Source of the DNA: Yuukianura sp. NJ FZ-2021
Taxonomy: Eukaryota
Direction: 5' to 3'
NCBI GenBank assembly: GCA_046563655.1
Contig: CM102283.1
Span: forward strand, 4,030,001 to 4,094,000
DNA length: 64,000 bases
Numbering within the stretch: position 1 is the stretch's first letter; each line of letters starts with the position of its first letter. The notes beneath the pieces are model-generated. The model made no database searches. It was not told the DNA's origin and saw only the letters and a program-made list of their open reading frames with translations. Below, piece by piece: positions 22,701 through 37,700 of this stretch. The translations under genes were made by a program, and so were the position numbers.

Positions 22701-25700
22701 GTCTCCATAGCGTCAAATTAAAATTGCTATCATGGTACAATTCCGTTCCTCAGGATTCAATTTCAGACCTTAGTTGAAAAATATTTTCAACAACACTGGT
22801 TTCAAAAAACCACTTGAAGATCCTCAAACTAGACAAATGTCCCTATTTTTGTAGTCTGTCTCCATAGCGTCAAATTAAAATTGCTATCTTGGCACAATTC
22901 CGTTCCTCAGGATTCAATCAGACCTTAGTTGAAAAATATTTTCAACAACACTGGTTTCAAAAAACCACTTGAAGATCCTCAAACTAGACAAATGTCCCTA
23001 TTTTTGTAGTCTGTCTCCATAGCGTCAAATTAAAATTGCTATCTTGGCACAATTCCGTTCCTCAGGATTCAATTTCAGACCTTAGTTGAAAAATATTTTC
23101 AACAACACTGGTTTCAAAAAACCACTTGAAGATCCTCAAACTAGACAAATGTCCCTATTTTTGTAGTCTGTCTCCATAGCGTCAAATTAAAATTGCTATC
23201 TTGGCACAATTCCGTTCCTCAGGATTCAATCAGACCTTAGTTGAAAAATATTTTCAACAACACTGGTTTCAAAAAACCACTTGAAGATCCTCAAACTAGA
23301 CAAATGTCCCTATTTTTGTAGTCTGTCTCCATAGCGTCAAATTAAAATTGCTATCTTGGCACAATTCCGTTCCTCAGGATTCAATTTCAGACCTTAGTTG
23401 AAAAATATTTTCAACAACACTGGTTTCAAAAAACCACTTGAAGATCCTCAAACTAGACAAATGTCCCTATTTTTGTAGTCTGTCTCCATAGCGTCAAATT
23501 AAAATTGCTATCTTGGCACAATTCCGTTCCTCAGGATTCAATCAGACCTTAGTTGAAAAATATTTTCAACAACACTGGTTTCAAAAAACCACTTGAAGAT
23601 CCTCAAACTAGACAAATGTCCCTATTTTTGTAGTCTGTCTCCATAGCGTCAAATTAAAATTGCTATCACGGTACAATTCCGTTCCTCAGGATTGAATTTT
23701 AGACCTTAGTTGAAAAATATTTTCAACAACACTGGTTTCAAAAAACCACTTGAAGATCCTCAAACTAGACAAATGTCCCTATTTTTGTAGTCTGTCTCCA
23801 TAGCGTCAAATTAAAATTGCTATCATGGTACAATTCCGTTCCTCAGGATTTAATTTCAGACCTTAGTTGAAAAATATTTTCAACAACACTGGTTTCAAAA
23901 AACCACTTGAAGATCCTCAAACTAGACAAATGTCCCTATTTTTGTTGTCTGTATCCATAGCGTCAAATTAAAATTGCTATCTTGGCACAATTCCGTTCCT
24001 CAGGATTCAATCAGACCTTAGTTGAAAAATATTTTCAACAACACTGGTTTCAAAAAACCACTTGAAGATCCTCAAACTAGACAAATGTCCCTATTTTTGT
24101 AGTCTGTCTCCATAGCGTCAAATTAAAATTGCTATCTTGGCACAATTCCGTTCCTCAGGATTGAATTTCAGACCTTAGTTGAAAAATATTTTCAACAACA
24201 CTGGTTTCAAAAAACCACTTGAAGATCCTCAAACTAGACAAATGTCCCTATTTTTGTAGTCTGTCTCCATAGCGTCAAATTAAAATTGCTATCATGGTAC
24301 AATTCCGTTCCTCAGGATTTAATTTCAGACCTTAGTTGAAAAATATTTTCAACAACACTGGTTTCGAAAAACCACTTGAAGATCCTCAAACTAGACAAAA
24401 GTCCCTATTTTTGTAGTCTGTCTCCATAGCGTCAAATTAAAATTGCTATCTTGGCACAATTCACTTCCTCAGGATTCAATCAGACCTTAGTTGAAAAATA
24501 TTTTCAACAACACTGGTTTCAAAAAACCACTTGAAGATCCTCAAACTAGACAAATGTCCCTATTTTTGTAGTCTGTCTCCATAGCGTCAAATTAAAATTG
24601 CTATCATGGTACAATTCCGTTCCTCAGGATTGAATTTCAGACCTTAGTTGAAAAATATTTTCAACAACACTGGTTTCGAAAAACCACTTGAAGATCCTCA
24701 AACTAGACAAATGTCCCTATTTTTGTAGTCTGTCTCCATAGCGTCAAATTAAAATTGCTATCATGGTACAATTCCGTTCCTCAGGATTTAATTTCAGACC
24801 TTAGTTGAAAAATATTTTCAACAACACTGGTTTCGAAAAACCACTTGAAGATCCTCAAACTAGACAAAAGTCCCTATTTTTGTAGTTTGTCTCCATAGCG
24901 TCAAATTAAAATTGCTATCTTGGCACAATTCCGTTCCTCAGGATTCAATCAGACCTTAGTTGAAAAATATTTTCAACAACACTGGTTTCAAAAAACCACT
25001 TGAAGATCCTCAAACTAGACAAATGTCCCTATTTTTGTAGTCTGTCTCCATAGCGTCAAATTAAAATTGCTATCTTGGCACAATTCCGTTCCTCAGGATT
25101 CAATCAGACCTTAGTTGAAAAATATTTTCAACAACACTGGTTTCAAAAAACCACTTGAAGATCCTCAAACTAGACAAATGCCCCTATTTTTGTAGTCTGT
25201 CTCCATAGCGTCAAATTAAAATTGCTATCATGGTACAATTCCGTTCCTCAGGATTTAATTTCAGACCTTAGTTGAAAAATATTTTCAACAACACTGGTTT
25301 CGAAAAACCACTTGAAGATCCTCAAACTAGACAAAAGTCCCTATTTTTGTAGTCTGTCTCCATAGCGTCAAATTAAAATTGCTATCTTGGCACAATTCCG
25401 TTCCTCAGGATTCAATCAGACCTTAGTTGAAAAATATTTTCAACAACACTGGTTTCAAAAAACCACTTGAAGATCCTCAAACTAGACAAATGTCCCTATT
25501 TTTGTAGTCTGTCTCAATAGCGTCAAATTAAAATTGCTATCTTGGCACAATTCCGTTCCTCAGGATTCAATCAGACCTTAGTTGAAAAATATTTTCAACA
25601 ACACTGGTTTCAAAAAACCACTTGAAGATCCTCAAACTAGACAAATGTCCCTATTTTTGTAGTCTGTCTCCATAGCGTCAAATTAAAATTGCTATCTCGG

Positions 25701-28700
25701 CACAATTCCGTTCCTCAGGATTGAATTTCAGACCTTAGTTGAAAAATATTTTCAACAACACTGGTTTCAAAAACCACTTGAAGATCCTCAAACTAGACAA
25801 ATGTCCCTATTTTTGTAGTCTGTCTCCATAGCGTCAAATTAAAATTGCTATCTTGGCACAATTCCGTTCCTCAGGATTGAATTTCAGACCTTAGTTGAAA
25901 AATATTTTCAACAACACTGGTTTCAAAAAACCACTTGAAGATCCTCAAACTAGACAAATGTCCCTATTTTTGTAGTCTGTCTCCATAGCGTCAAATTAAA
26001 ATTGCTATCTTGGCACAATTCCGTTCCTCAGGATTCAATCAGACCTTAGTTGAAAAATATTTTCAACAACACTGGTTTCAAAAAACCACTTGAAGATCCT
26101 CAAACTAGACAAATGTCCCTATTTTTGTAGTCTGTCTCCATAGCGTCAAATTAAAATTGCTATCTTCGCACAATTCCGTTCCTCAGGATTCAATTTCAGA
26201 CCTTAGTTGAAAAATATTTTCAACAACACTGGTTTCGAAAAACCACTTGAAGATCCTCAAACTAGACAAATGTCCCTATTTTTGTAGTCTGTCTCCATAG
26301 CGTCAAATTAAAATTGCTATCTTGGCACAATTCCGTTCCTCAGGATTCAATCAGACCTTAGTTGAAAAATATTTTCAACAACACTGGTTTCAAAAAACCA
26401 CTTGAAGATCCTCAAACTAGACAAATGTCCCTATTTTTGTAGTCTGTCTCCATAGCGTCAAATTAAAATTGCTATCTTGGCACAATTCCGTTCCTCAGGA
26501 TTCAATCAGACCTTAGTTGAAAAATATTTTCAACAACACTGGTTTCAAAAAACCACTTGAAGATCCTCAAACTAGACAAATGTCCCTATTTTTGTAGTCT
26601 GTCTCCATAGCGTCAAATTAAAATTGCTATCTTGGCACAATTCCGTTCCTCAGGATTGAATTTCAGACCTTAGTTGAAAAATATTTTCAACAACACTGGT
26701 TTCGAAAAACCACTTGAAGATCCTCAAACTAGACAAATGTCCCTATTTTTGTAGTCTGTCTCCATAGCGTCAAATTAAAATTGCTATCTTGGCACAATTC
26801 AGTTCCTCAGGATTCAATCAGACCTTAGTTGAAAAATATTTTCAACAACACTGGTTTCAAAAAACCACTTGAAGATCCTCAAACTAGACAAATGTCCCTA
26901 TTTTTGTAGTCTGTCTCCATAGCGTCAAATTAAAATTGCTATCATGGTACAATTCCGTTCCTCAGGATTGAATTTCAGACCTTAGTTGAAAAATATTTTC
27001 AACAACACTGGTTTCGAAAAACCACTTGAAGATCCTCAAACTAGACAAATGTCCCTATTTTTGTAGTCTGTCTCCATAGCGTCAAATTAAAATTGCTATC
27101 ATGGCACAATTCCGTTCCTCAGGATTGAATTTCAGACCTTAGTTGAAAAATATTTTCAACAACACTGGTTTCGAAAAACCACTTGAAGATCCTCAAACTA
27201 GACAAATGTCCCTATTTTTGTAGTCTGTCTCCATAGCGTCAAATTAAAATTGCTATCTTGGCACAATTCCGTTCCTCAGGATTCAATCAGACCTTAGTTG
27301 AAAAATATTTTCAACAACACTGGTTTCAAAAAACCACTTGAAGATCCTCAAACTAGACAAATGTCCCTATTTTTGTAGTCTGTCTCCATAGCGTCAAATT
27401 AAAATTGCTATCTTGGCACAATTCCGTTCCTCAGGATTCAATCAGACCTTAGTTGAAAAATATTTTCAACAACACTGGTTTCAAAAAACCACTTGAAGAT
27501 CCTCAAACTAGACAAATGTCCCTATTTTTGTAGTCTGTCTCCATAGCGTCAAATTAAAATTGCTATCTTGGCACAATTCCGTTCCTCAGGATTCAATCAG
27601 ACCTTAGTTGAAAAATATTTTCAACAACACTGGTTTCAAAAAACCACTTGAAGATCCTCAAACTAGACAAATGTCCCTATTTTTGTAGTCTGTCTCCATA
27701 GCGTCAAATTAAAATTGCTATCTTGGCACAATTCCGTTCCTCAGGATTCAATCAGACCTTAGTTGAAAAATATTTTCAACAACACTGGTTTCAAAAAACC
27801 ACTTGAAGATCCTCAAACTAGACAAATGTCCCTATTTTTGTAGTCTGTCTCCATAGCGTCAAATTAAAATTGCTATCTCGGCACAATTCCGTTCCTCAGG
27901 ATTGAATTTCAGACCTTAGTTGAAAAATATTTTCAACAACACTGGTTTCAAAAAACCACTTGAAGATCCTCAAACTAGACAAATGTCCCTATTTTTGTAG
28001 TCTGTCTCCATAGCGTCAAATTAAAATTGCTATCTTGGCACAATTCCGTTCCTCAGGATTCAATTTCAGACCTTAGTTGAAAAATATTTTCAACAACACT
28101 GGTTTCAAAAAACCACTTGAAGATCCTCAAACTAGACAAATGTCCCTATTTTTGTAGTCTGTCTCCATAGCGTCAAATTAAAATTGCTATCTTGGCACAA
28201 TTCCGTTCCTCAGGATTCAATCAGACGTTAGTTGAAAAATATTTTCAACAACACTGGTTTCAAAAAACCACTTGAAGATCCTCAAACTAGACAAATGTCC
28301 CTATTTTTGTAGTCTGTCTCCATAGCGTCAAATTAAAATTGCTATCTTGGCACAATTCCGTTCCTCAGGATTCAATCAGACCTTAGTTGAAAAATATTTT
28401 CAACAACACTGGTTTCAAAAAACCACTTGAAGATCCTCAAACTAGACAAATGTCCCTATTTTTGTAGTCTGTCTCCATAGCGTCAAATTAAAATTGCTAT
28501 CATGGTACAATTCCGTTCCTCAGGATTTAATTTCAGACCTTAGTTGAAAAATATTTTCAACAACACTGGTTTCGAAAAACCACTTGAAGATCCTCAAACT
28601 AGACAAAAGTCCCTATTTTTGTAGTCTGTCTCCATAGCGTCAAATTAAAATTGCTATCTTGGCACAATTCAGTTCCTCAGGATTCAATCAGACCTTAGTT

Positions 28701-31700
28701 GAAAAATATTTTCAACAACACTGGTTTCGAAAAACCACTTGAAGATCCTCAAACTAGACAAATGTCCCTATTTTTGTAGTCTGTCTCCATAGCGTCAAAT
28801 TAAAATTGCTATCTTGGCACAATTCAGTTCCTCAGGATTCAATCAGACCTTAGTTGAAAAATATTTTCAACAACACTGGTTTCAAAAAACCACTTGAAGA
28901 TCCTCAAACTAGACAAATGTCCCTATTTTTGTAGTCTGTCTCCATAGCGTCAAATTAAAATTGCTATCATGGTACAATTCCGTTCCTCAGGATTGAATTT
29001 CAGACCTTAGTTGAAAAATATTTTCAACAACACTGGTTTCGAAAAACCACTTGAAGATCCTCAAACTAGACAAATGTCCCTATTTTTGTAGTCTGTCTCC
29101 ATAGCGTCAAATTAAAATTGCTATCTCGGCACAATTCCGTTCCTCAGGATTGAATTTCAGACCTTAGTTGAAAAATATTTTCAACAACACTGGTTTCAAA
29201 AAACCACTTGAAGATCCTCAAACTAGACAAATGTCCCTATTTTTGTAGTCTGTCTCCATAGCGTCAAATTAAAATTGCTATCTTGGCACAATTCCGTTCC
29301 TCAGGATTCAATCAGACGTTAGTTGAAAAATATTTTCAACAACACTGGTTTCAAAAAACCACTTGAAGATCCTCAAACTAGACAAATGTCCCTATTTTTG
29401 TTGTCTGTATCCATAGCGTCAAATTAAAATTGCTATCTTGGCACAATTCCGTTCCTCAGGATTCAATCAGACCTTAGTTGAAAAATATTTTCAACAACAC
29501 TGGTTTCAAAAAACCACTTGAAAATCCTCAAACTAGACAAATGTCCCTATTTTTGTAGTCTGTCTCCATAGCGTCAAATTAAAATTGCTATCTTGGCACA
29601 ATTCCGTTCCTCAGGATTCAATCAGACCTTAGTTGAAAAATATTTTCAACAACACTGGTTTCAAAAAACCACTTGAAGATCCTCAAACTAGACAAATGTC
29701 CCTATTTTTGTAGTCTGTCTCCATAGCGTCAAATTAAAATTGCTATCATGGTACAATTCCGTTCCTCAGGATTTAATTTCAGACCTTAGTTGAAAAATAT
29801 TTTCAACAACACTGGTTTCGAAAAACCACTTGAAGATCCTCAAACTAGACAAATGTCCCTATTTTTGTAGTCTGTCTCCATAGCGTCAAATTAAAATTGC
29901 TATCTTGGCACAATTCAGTTCCTCAGGATTCAATCAGACCTTAGTTGAAAAATATTTTCAACAACACTGGTTTCGAAAAACCACTTGAAGATCCTCAAAC
30001 TAGACAAATGTCCCTATTTTTGTAGTCTGTCTCCATAGCGTCAAATTAAAATTGCTATCTTGGCACAATTCAGTTCCTCAGGATTCAATCAGACCTTAGT
30101 TGAAAAATATTTTCAACAACACTGGTTTCAAAAAACCACTTGAAGATCCTCAAACTAGACAAATGTCCCTATTTTTGTAGTCTGTCTCCATAGCGTCAAA
30201 TTAAAATTGCTATCATGGTACAATTCCGTTCCTCAGGATTGAATTTCAGACCTTAGTTGAAAAATATTTTCAACAACACTGGTTTCGAAAAACCACTTGA
30301 AGATCCTCAAACTAGACAAATGTCCCTATTTTTGTAGTCTGTCTCCATAGCGTCAAATTAAAATTGCTATCATGGTACAATTCCGTTCCTCAGGATTTAA
30401 TTTCAGACCTTAGTTGAAAAATATTTTCAACAACACTGGTTTCGAAAAACCACTTGAAGATCCTCAAACTAGACAAAAGTCCCTATTTTTGTAGTCTGTC
30501 TCCATAGCGTCAAATTAAAATTGCTATCTTGGCACAATTCCGTTCCTCAGGATTCAATCAGACCTTAGTTGAAAAATATTTTCAACAACACTGGTTTCAA
30601 AAAACCACTTGAAGATCCTCAAACTAGACAAATGTCCCTATTTTTGTAGTCTGTCTCCATAGCGTCAAATTAAAATTGCTATCTTGGCACAATTCCGTTC
30701 CTCAGGATTCAATCAGACCTTAGTTGAAAAATATTTTCAACAACACTGGTTTCAAAAAACCACTTGAAGATCCTCAAACTAGACAAATGTCCCTATTTTT
30801 GTAGTCTGTCTCCATAGCGTCAAATTAAAATTGCTATCTTGGCACAATTCCGTTCCTCAGGATTCAATCAGACCTTAGTTGAAAAATATTTTCAACAACA
30901 CTGGTTTCAAAAAACCACTTGAAGATCCTCAAACTAGACAAATGTCCCTATTTTTGTAGTCTGTCTCCATAGCGTCAAATTAAAATTGCTATCATGGTAC
31001 AATTCCGTTCCTCAGGATTTAATTTCAGACCTTAGTTGAAAAATATTTTCAACAACACTGGTTTCGAAAAACCACTTGAAGATCCTCAAACTAGACAAAA
31101 GTCCCTATTTTTGTAGTCTGTCTCCATAGCGTCAAATTAAAATTGCTATCTTGGCACAATTCCGTTCCTCAGGATTCAATCAGACCTTAGTTGAAAAATA
31201 TTTTCAACAACACTGGTTTCGAAAAACCACTTGAAGATCCTCAAACTAGACAAATGTCCCTATTTTTGTAGTCTGTCTCCATAGCGTCAAATTAAAATTG
31301 CTATCTTGGCACAATTCCGTTCCTCAGGATTCAATCAGACCTTAGTTGAAAAATATTTTCAACAACACTGGTTTCAAAAAACCACTTGAAGATCCTCAAA
31401 CTAGACAAATGTCCCTATTTTTGTAGTCTGTCTCCATAGCGTCAAATTAAAATTGCTATCATGGTACAATTCCGTTCCTCAGGATTGAATTTCAGACCTT
31501 AGTTGAAAAATATTTTCAACAACACTGGTTTCGGTCCCTATTTTTGTAGTCTGTCTCCATAGCGTCAAATTAAAATTGCTATCTTGGCACAATTCAGTTC
31601 CTCAGGATTCAATCAGACCTTAGTTGAAAAATATTTTCAACAACACTGGTTTCGAAAAACCACTTGAAGATCCTCAAACTAGACAAATGTCCCTATTTTT

Positions 31701-34700
31701 GTAGTCTGTCTCCATAGCGTCAAATTAAAATTGCTATCTTGGCACAATTCAGTTCCTCAGGATTCAATCAGACCTTAGTTGAAAAATATTTTCAACAACA
31801 CTGGTTTCAAAAAACCACTTGAAGATCCTCAAACTAGACAAATGTCCCTATTTTTGTAGTCTGTCTCCATAGCGTCAAATTAAAATTGCTATCATGGTAC
31901 AATTCCGTTCCTCAGGATTGAATTTCAGACCTTAGTTGAAAAATATTTTCAACAACACTGGTTTCGGTCCCTATTTTTGTAGTCTGTCTCCATAGCGTCA
32001 AATTAAAATTGCTATCTTGGCACAATTCAGTTCCTCAGGATTCAATCAGACCTTAGTTGAAAAATATTTTCAACAACACTGGTTTCGAAAAACCACTTGA
32101 AGATCCTCAAACTAGACAAATGTCCCTATTTTTGTAGTCTGTCTCCATAGCGTCAAATTAAAATTGCTATCTTGGCACAATTCCGTTCCTCAGGATTCAA
32201 TCAGACCTTAGTTGAAAAATATTTTCAACAACACTGGTTTCAAAAAACCACTTGAAGATCCTCAAACTAGACAAATGTCCCTATTTTTGTAGTCTGTCTC
32301 CATAGCGTCAAATTAAAATTGCTATCTCGGCACAATTCCGTTCCTCAGGATTGAATTTCAGACCTTAGTTGAAAAATATTTTCAACAACACTGGTTTCAA
32401 AAAACCACTTGAAGATCCTCAAACTAGACAAATGTCCCTATTTTTGTAGTCTGTCTCCATAGCGTCAAATTAAAATTGCTATCTTGGCACAATTCCGTTC
32501 CTCAGGATTCAATCAGACCTTAGTTGAAAAATATTTTCAACAACACTGGTTTCAAAAAACCACTTGAAGATCCTCAAACTAGACAAATGTCCCTATTTTT
32601 GTAGTCTGTCTCCATAGCGTCAAATTAAAATTGCTATCTTGGCACAATTCCGTTCCTCAGGATTCAATCAGACCTTAGTTGAAAAATATTTTCAACAACA
32701 CTGGTTTCAAAAAACCACTTGAAGATCCTCAAACTAGACAAATGTCCCTATTTTTGTAGTCTGTCTCCATAGCGTCAAATTAAAATTGCTATCTTGGCAC
32801 AATTCCGTTCCTCAGGATTCAATCAGACCTTAGTTGAAAAATATTTTCAACAACACTGGTTTCAAAAAACCACTTGAAGATCCTCAAACTAGACAAATGT
32901 CCCTATTTTTGTAGTCTGTCTCCATAGCGTCAAATTAAAATTGCTATCATGGTACAATTCCGTTCCTCAGGATTTAATTTCAGACCTTAGTTGAAAAATA
33001 TTTTCAACAACACTGGTTTCGAAAAACCACTTGAAGATCCTCAAACTAGACAAAAGTCCCTATTTTTGTAGTCTGTCTCCATAGCGTCAAATTAAAATTG
33101 CTATCTTGGCACAATTCAGTTCCTCAGGATTCAATCAGACCTTAGTTGAAAAATATTTTCAACAACACTGGTTTCGAAAAACCACTTGAAGATCCTCAAA
33201 CTAGACAAATGTCCCTATTTTTGTAGTCTGTCTCCATAGCGTCAAATTAAAATTGCTATCTTGGCACAATTCCGTTCCTCAGGATTCAATCAGACCTTAG
33301 TTGAAAAATATTTTCAACAACACTGGTTTCAAAAAACCACTTGAAGATCCTCAAACTAGACAAATGTCCCTATTTTTGTAGTCTGTCTCCATAGCGTCAA
33401 ATTAAAATTGCTATCATGGTACAATTCCGTTCCTCAGGATTGAATTTCAGACCTTAGTTGAAAAATATTTTCAACAACACTGGTTTCGAAAAACCACTTG
33501 AAGATCCTCAAACTAGACAAATGTCCCTATTTTTGTAGTCTGTCTCCATAGCGTCAAATTAAAATTGCTATCATGGTACAATTCCGTTCCTCAGGATTCA
33601 ATTTCAGACCTTAGTTGAAAAATATTTTCAACAACACTGGTTTCTGAAAACCACTTGAAGATCCTCAAACTAGACAAATGTCCCTATTTTTGTAGTCTGT
33701 CTCCATAGCGTCAAATTAAAATTGCTATCTTGGCACAATTCCGTTCCTCAGGATTCAATCAGACCTTAGTTGAAAAATATTTTCAACAACACTGGTTTCA
33801 AAAAACCACTTGAAGATCCTCAAACTAGACAAATGTCCCTATTTTTGTAGTCTGTCTCCATAGCGTCAAATTAAAATTGCTATCTTGGCACAATTCCGTT
33901 CCTCAGGATTCAATCAGACCTTAGTTGAAAAATATTTTCAACAACACTGGTTTCAAAAAACCACTTGAAGATCCTCAAACTAGACAAATGTCCCTATTTT
34001 TGTAGTCTGTCTCCATAGCGTCAAATTAAAATTGCTATCTTGGCACAATTCCGTTCCTCAGGATTCAATCAGACCTTAGTTGAAAAATATTTTCAACAAC
34101 ACTGGTTTCAAAAAACCACTTGAAGATCCTCAAACTAGACAAATGTCCCTATTTTTGTAGTCTGTCTCCATAGCGTCAAATTAAAATTGCTATCATGGTA
34201 CAATTCCGTTCCTCAGGATTTAATTTCAGACCTTAGTTGAAAAATATTTTCAACAACACTGGTTTCGAAAAACCACTTGAAGATCCTCAAACTAGACAAA
34301 AGTCCCTATTTTTGTAGTCTGTCTCCATAGCGTCAAATTAAAATTGCTATCTTGGCACAATTCCGTTCCTCAGGATTCAATCAGACCTTAGTTGAAAAAT
34401 ATTTTCAACAACACTGGTTTCAAAAAACCACTTGAAGATCCTCAAACTAGACAAATGTCCCTATTTTTGTAGTCTGTCTCCATAGCGTCAAATTAAAATT
34501 GCTATCTTGGCACAATTCCGTTCCTCAGGATTGAATTTCAGACCTTAGTTGAAAAATATTTTCAACAACACTGGTTTCAAAAAACCACTTGAAGATCCTC
34601 AAACTAGACAAATGTCCCTATTTTTGTAGTCTGTCTCCATAGCGTCAAATTAGAATTGCTATCTTGGCACAATTCCGTTCCTCAGGATTCAATTTCAGAC

Positions 34701-37700
34701 CTTAGTTGAAAAATATTTTCAACAACACTGGTTTCAAAAAACCACTTGAAGATCCTCAAACTAGACAAATGTCCCTATTTTTGTAGTCTGTCTCCATAGC
34801 GTCAAATTAAAATTGCTATCTTGGCACAATTCCGTTCCTCAGGATTCAATCAGACCTTAGTTGAAAAATATTTTCAACAACACTGGTTTCGAAAAACCAC
34901 TTGAAGATCCTCAAACTAGACAAATGTCCCTATTTTTGTAGTCTGTCTCCATAGCGTCAAATTAAAATTGCTATCTTGGCACAATTCCGTTCCTCAGGAT
35001 TCAATCAGACCTTAGTTGAAAAATATTTTCAACAACACTGGTTTCAAAAAACCACTTGAAGATCCTCAAACTAGACAAATGTCCCTATTTTTGTAGTCTG
35101 TCTCCATAGCGTCAAATTAAAATTGCTATCATGGTACAATTCCGTTCCTCAGGATTTAATTTCAGACCTTAGTTGAAAAATATTTTCAACAACACTGGTT
35201 TCGAAAAACCACTTGAAGATCCTCAAACTAGACAAATGTCCCTATTTTTGTAGTCTGTCTCCATAGCGTCAAATTAAAATTGCTATCTCGGCACAATTCC
35301 GTTCCTCACGATTGAATTTCAGACCTTAGTTGAAAAATATTTTCAACAACACTGGTTTCGAAAAACCACTTGAAGATCCTCAAACTAGACAAATGTCCCT
35401 ATTTTTGTAGTCTGTCTCCATAGCGTCAAATTAAAATTGCTATCTTGGCACAATTCAGTTCCTCAGGATTCAATCAGACCTTAGTTGAAAAATATTTTCA
35501 ACAACACTGGTTTCAAAAAACCACTTGAAGATCCTCAAACTAGACAAATGTCCCTATTTTTGTAGTCTGTCTCCATAGCGTCAAATTAAAATTGCTATCT
35601 TGGCACAATTCCGTTCCTCAGGATTCAATCAGACCTTAGTTGAAAAATATTTTCAACAACACTGGTTTCAAAAAACCACTTGAAGATCCTCAAACTAGAC
35701 AAATGTCCCTATTTTTGTAGTCTGTCTCCATAGCGTCAAATTAAAATTGCTATCATGGTACAATTCCGTTCCTCAGGATTTAATTTCAGACCTTAGTTGA
35801 AAAATATTTTCAACAACACTGGTTTCGAAAAACCACTTGAAGATCCTCAAACTAGACAAAAGTCCCTATTTTTGTAGTCTGTCTCCATAGCGTCAAATTA
35901 AAATTGCTATCTTGGCACAATTCCGTTCCTCAGGATTCAATCAGACCTTAGTTGAAAAATATTTTCAACAACACTGGTTTCAAAAAACCACTTGAAGATC
36001 CTCAAACTAGACAAATGTCCCTATTTTTGTAGTCTGTCTCCATAGCGTCAAATTAAAATTGCTATCTTGGCACAATTCCGTTCCTCAGGATTCAATCAGA
36101 CCTTAGTTGAAAAATATTTTCAACAACACTGGTTTCGAAAAACCACTTGAAGATCCTCAAACTAGACAAATGTCCCTATTTTTGTAGTCTGTCTCCATAG
36201 CGTCAAATTAAAATTGCTATCTTGGCACAATTCCGTTCCTCAGGATTCAATCAGACCTTAGTTGAAAAATATTTTCAACAACACTGGTTTCAAAAACCAC
36301 TTGAAGATCCTCAAACTAGACAAATGTCCCTATTTTTGTAGTCTGTCTCCATAGCGTCAAATTAAAATTGCTATCATGGTACAATTCCGTTCCTCAGGAT
36401 TTAATTTCAGACCTTAGTTGAAAAATATTTTCAACAACACTGGTTTCGAAAAACCACTTGAAGATCCTCAAACTAGACAAAAGTCCCTATTTTTGTAGTC
36501 TGTCTCCATAGCGTCAAATTAAAATTGCTATCTTGGCACAATTCAGTTCCTCAGGATTCAATCAGACCTTAGTTGAAAAATATTTTCAACAACACTGGTT
36601 TCAAAAAACCACTTGAAGATCCTCAAACTAGACAAATGTCCCTATTTTTGTAGTCTGTCTCCATAGCGTCAAATTAAAATTGCTATCATGGTACAATTCC
36701 GTTCCTCAGGATTTAATTTCAGACCTTAGTTGAAAAATATTTTCAACAACACTGGTTTCGAAAAACCACTTGAAGATCCTCAAACTAGACAAATGTCCCT
36801 ATTTTTGTAGTCTGTCTCCATAGCGTCAAATTAAAATTGCTATCTTGGCACAATTCCGTTCCTCAGGATTGAATTTCAGACCTTAGTTGAAAAATATTTT
36901 CAACAACACTGGTTTCAAAAAACCACTTGAAGATCCTCAAACTAGACAAATGTCCCTATTTTTGTAGTCTGTCTCCATAGCGTCAAATTAAAATTGCTAT
37001 CTTGGTACAATTCCGTTCCTCAGGATTGAATTTCAGACCTTAGTTGAAAAATATTTTCAACAACACTGGTTTCGAAAAACCACTTGAAGATCCTCAAACT
37101 AGACAAATGTCCCTATTTTTGTAGTCTGTCTCCATAGCGTCAAATTAAAATTGCTATCTTGGCACAATTCCGTTCCTCAGGATTCAATCAGACCTTAGTT
37201 GAAAAATATTTTCAACAACACTGGTTTCAAAAAACCACTTGAAGATCCTCAAACTAGACAAATGTCCCTATTTTTGTAGTCTGTCTCCATAGCGTCAAAT
37301 TAAAATTGCTATCTTGGCACAATTCCGTTCCTCAGGATTGAATTTCAGACCTTAGTTGAAAAATATTTTCAACAACACTGGTTTCAAAAAACCACTTGAA
37401 GATCCTCAAACTAGACAAATGTCCCTATTTTTGTAGTCTGTCTCCATAGCGTCAAATTAAAATTGCTATCTTGGCACAATTCCGTTCCTCAGGATTCAAT
37501 CAGACCTTAGTTGAAAAATATTTTCAACAACACTGGTTTCAAAAAACCACTTGAAGATCCTCAAACTAGACAAATGTCCCTATTTTTGTAGTCTGTCTCC
37601 ATAGCGTCAAATTAAAATTGCTATCTTGGCACAATTCCGTTCCTCAGGATTCAATTTCAGACCTTAGTTGAAAAATATTTTCAACAACACTGGTTTCGAA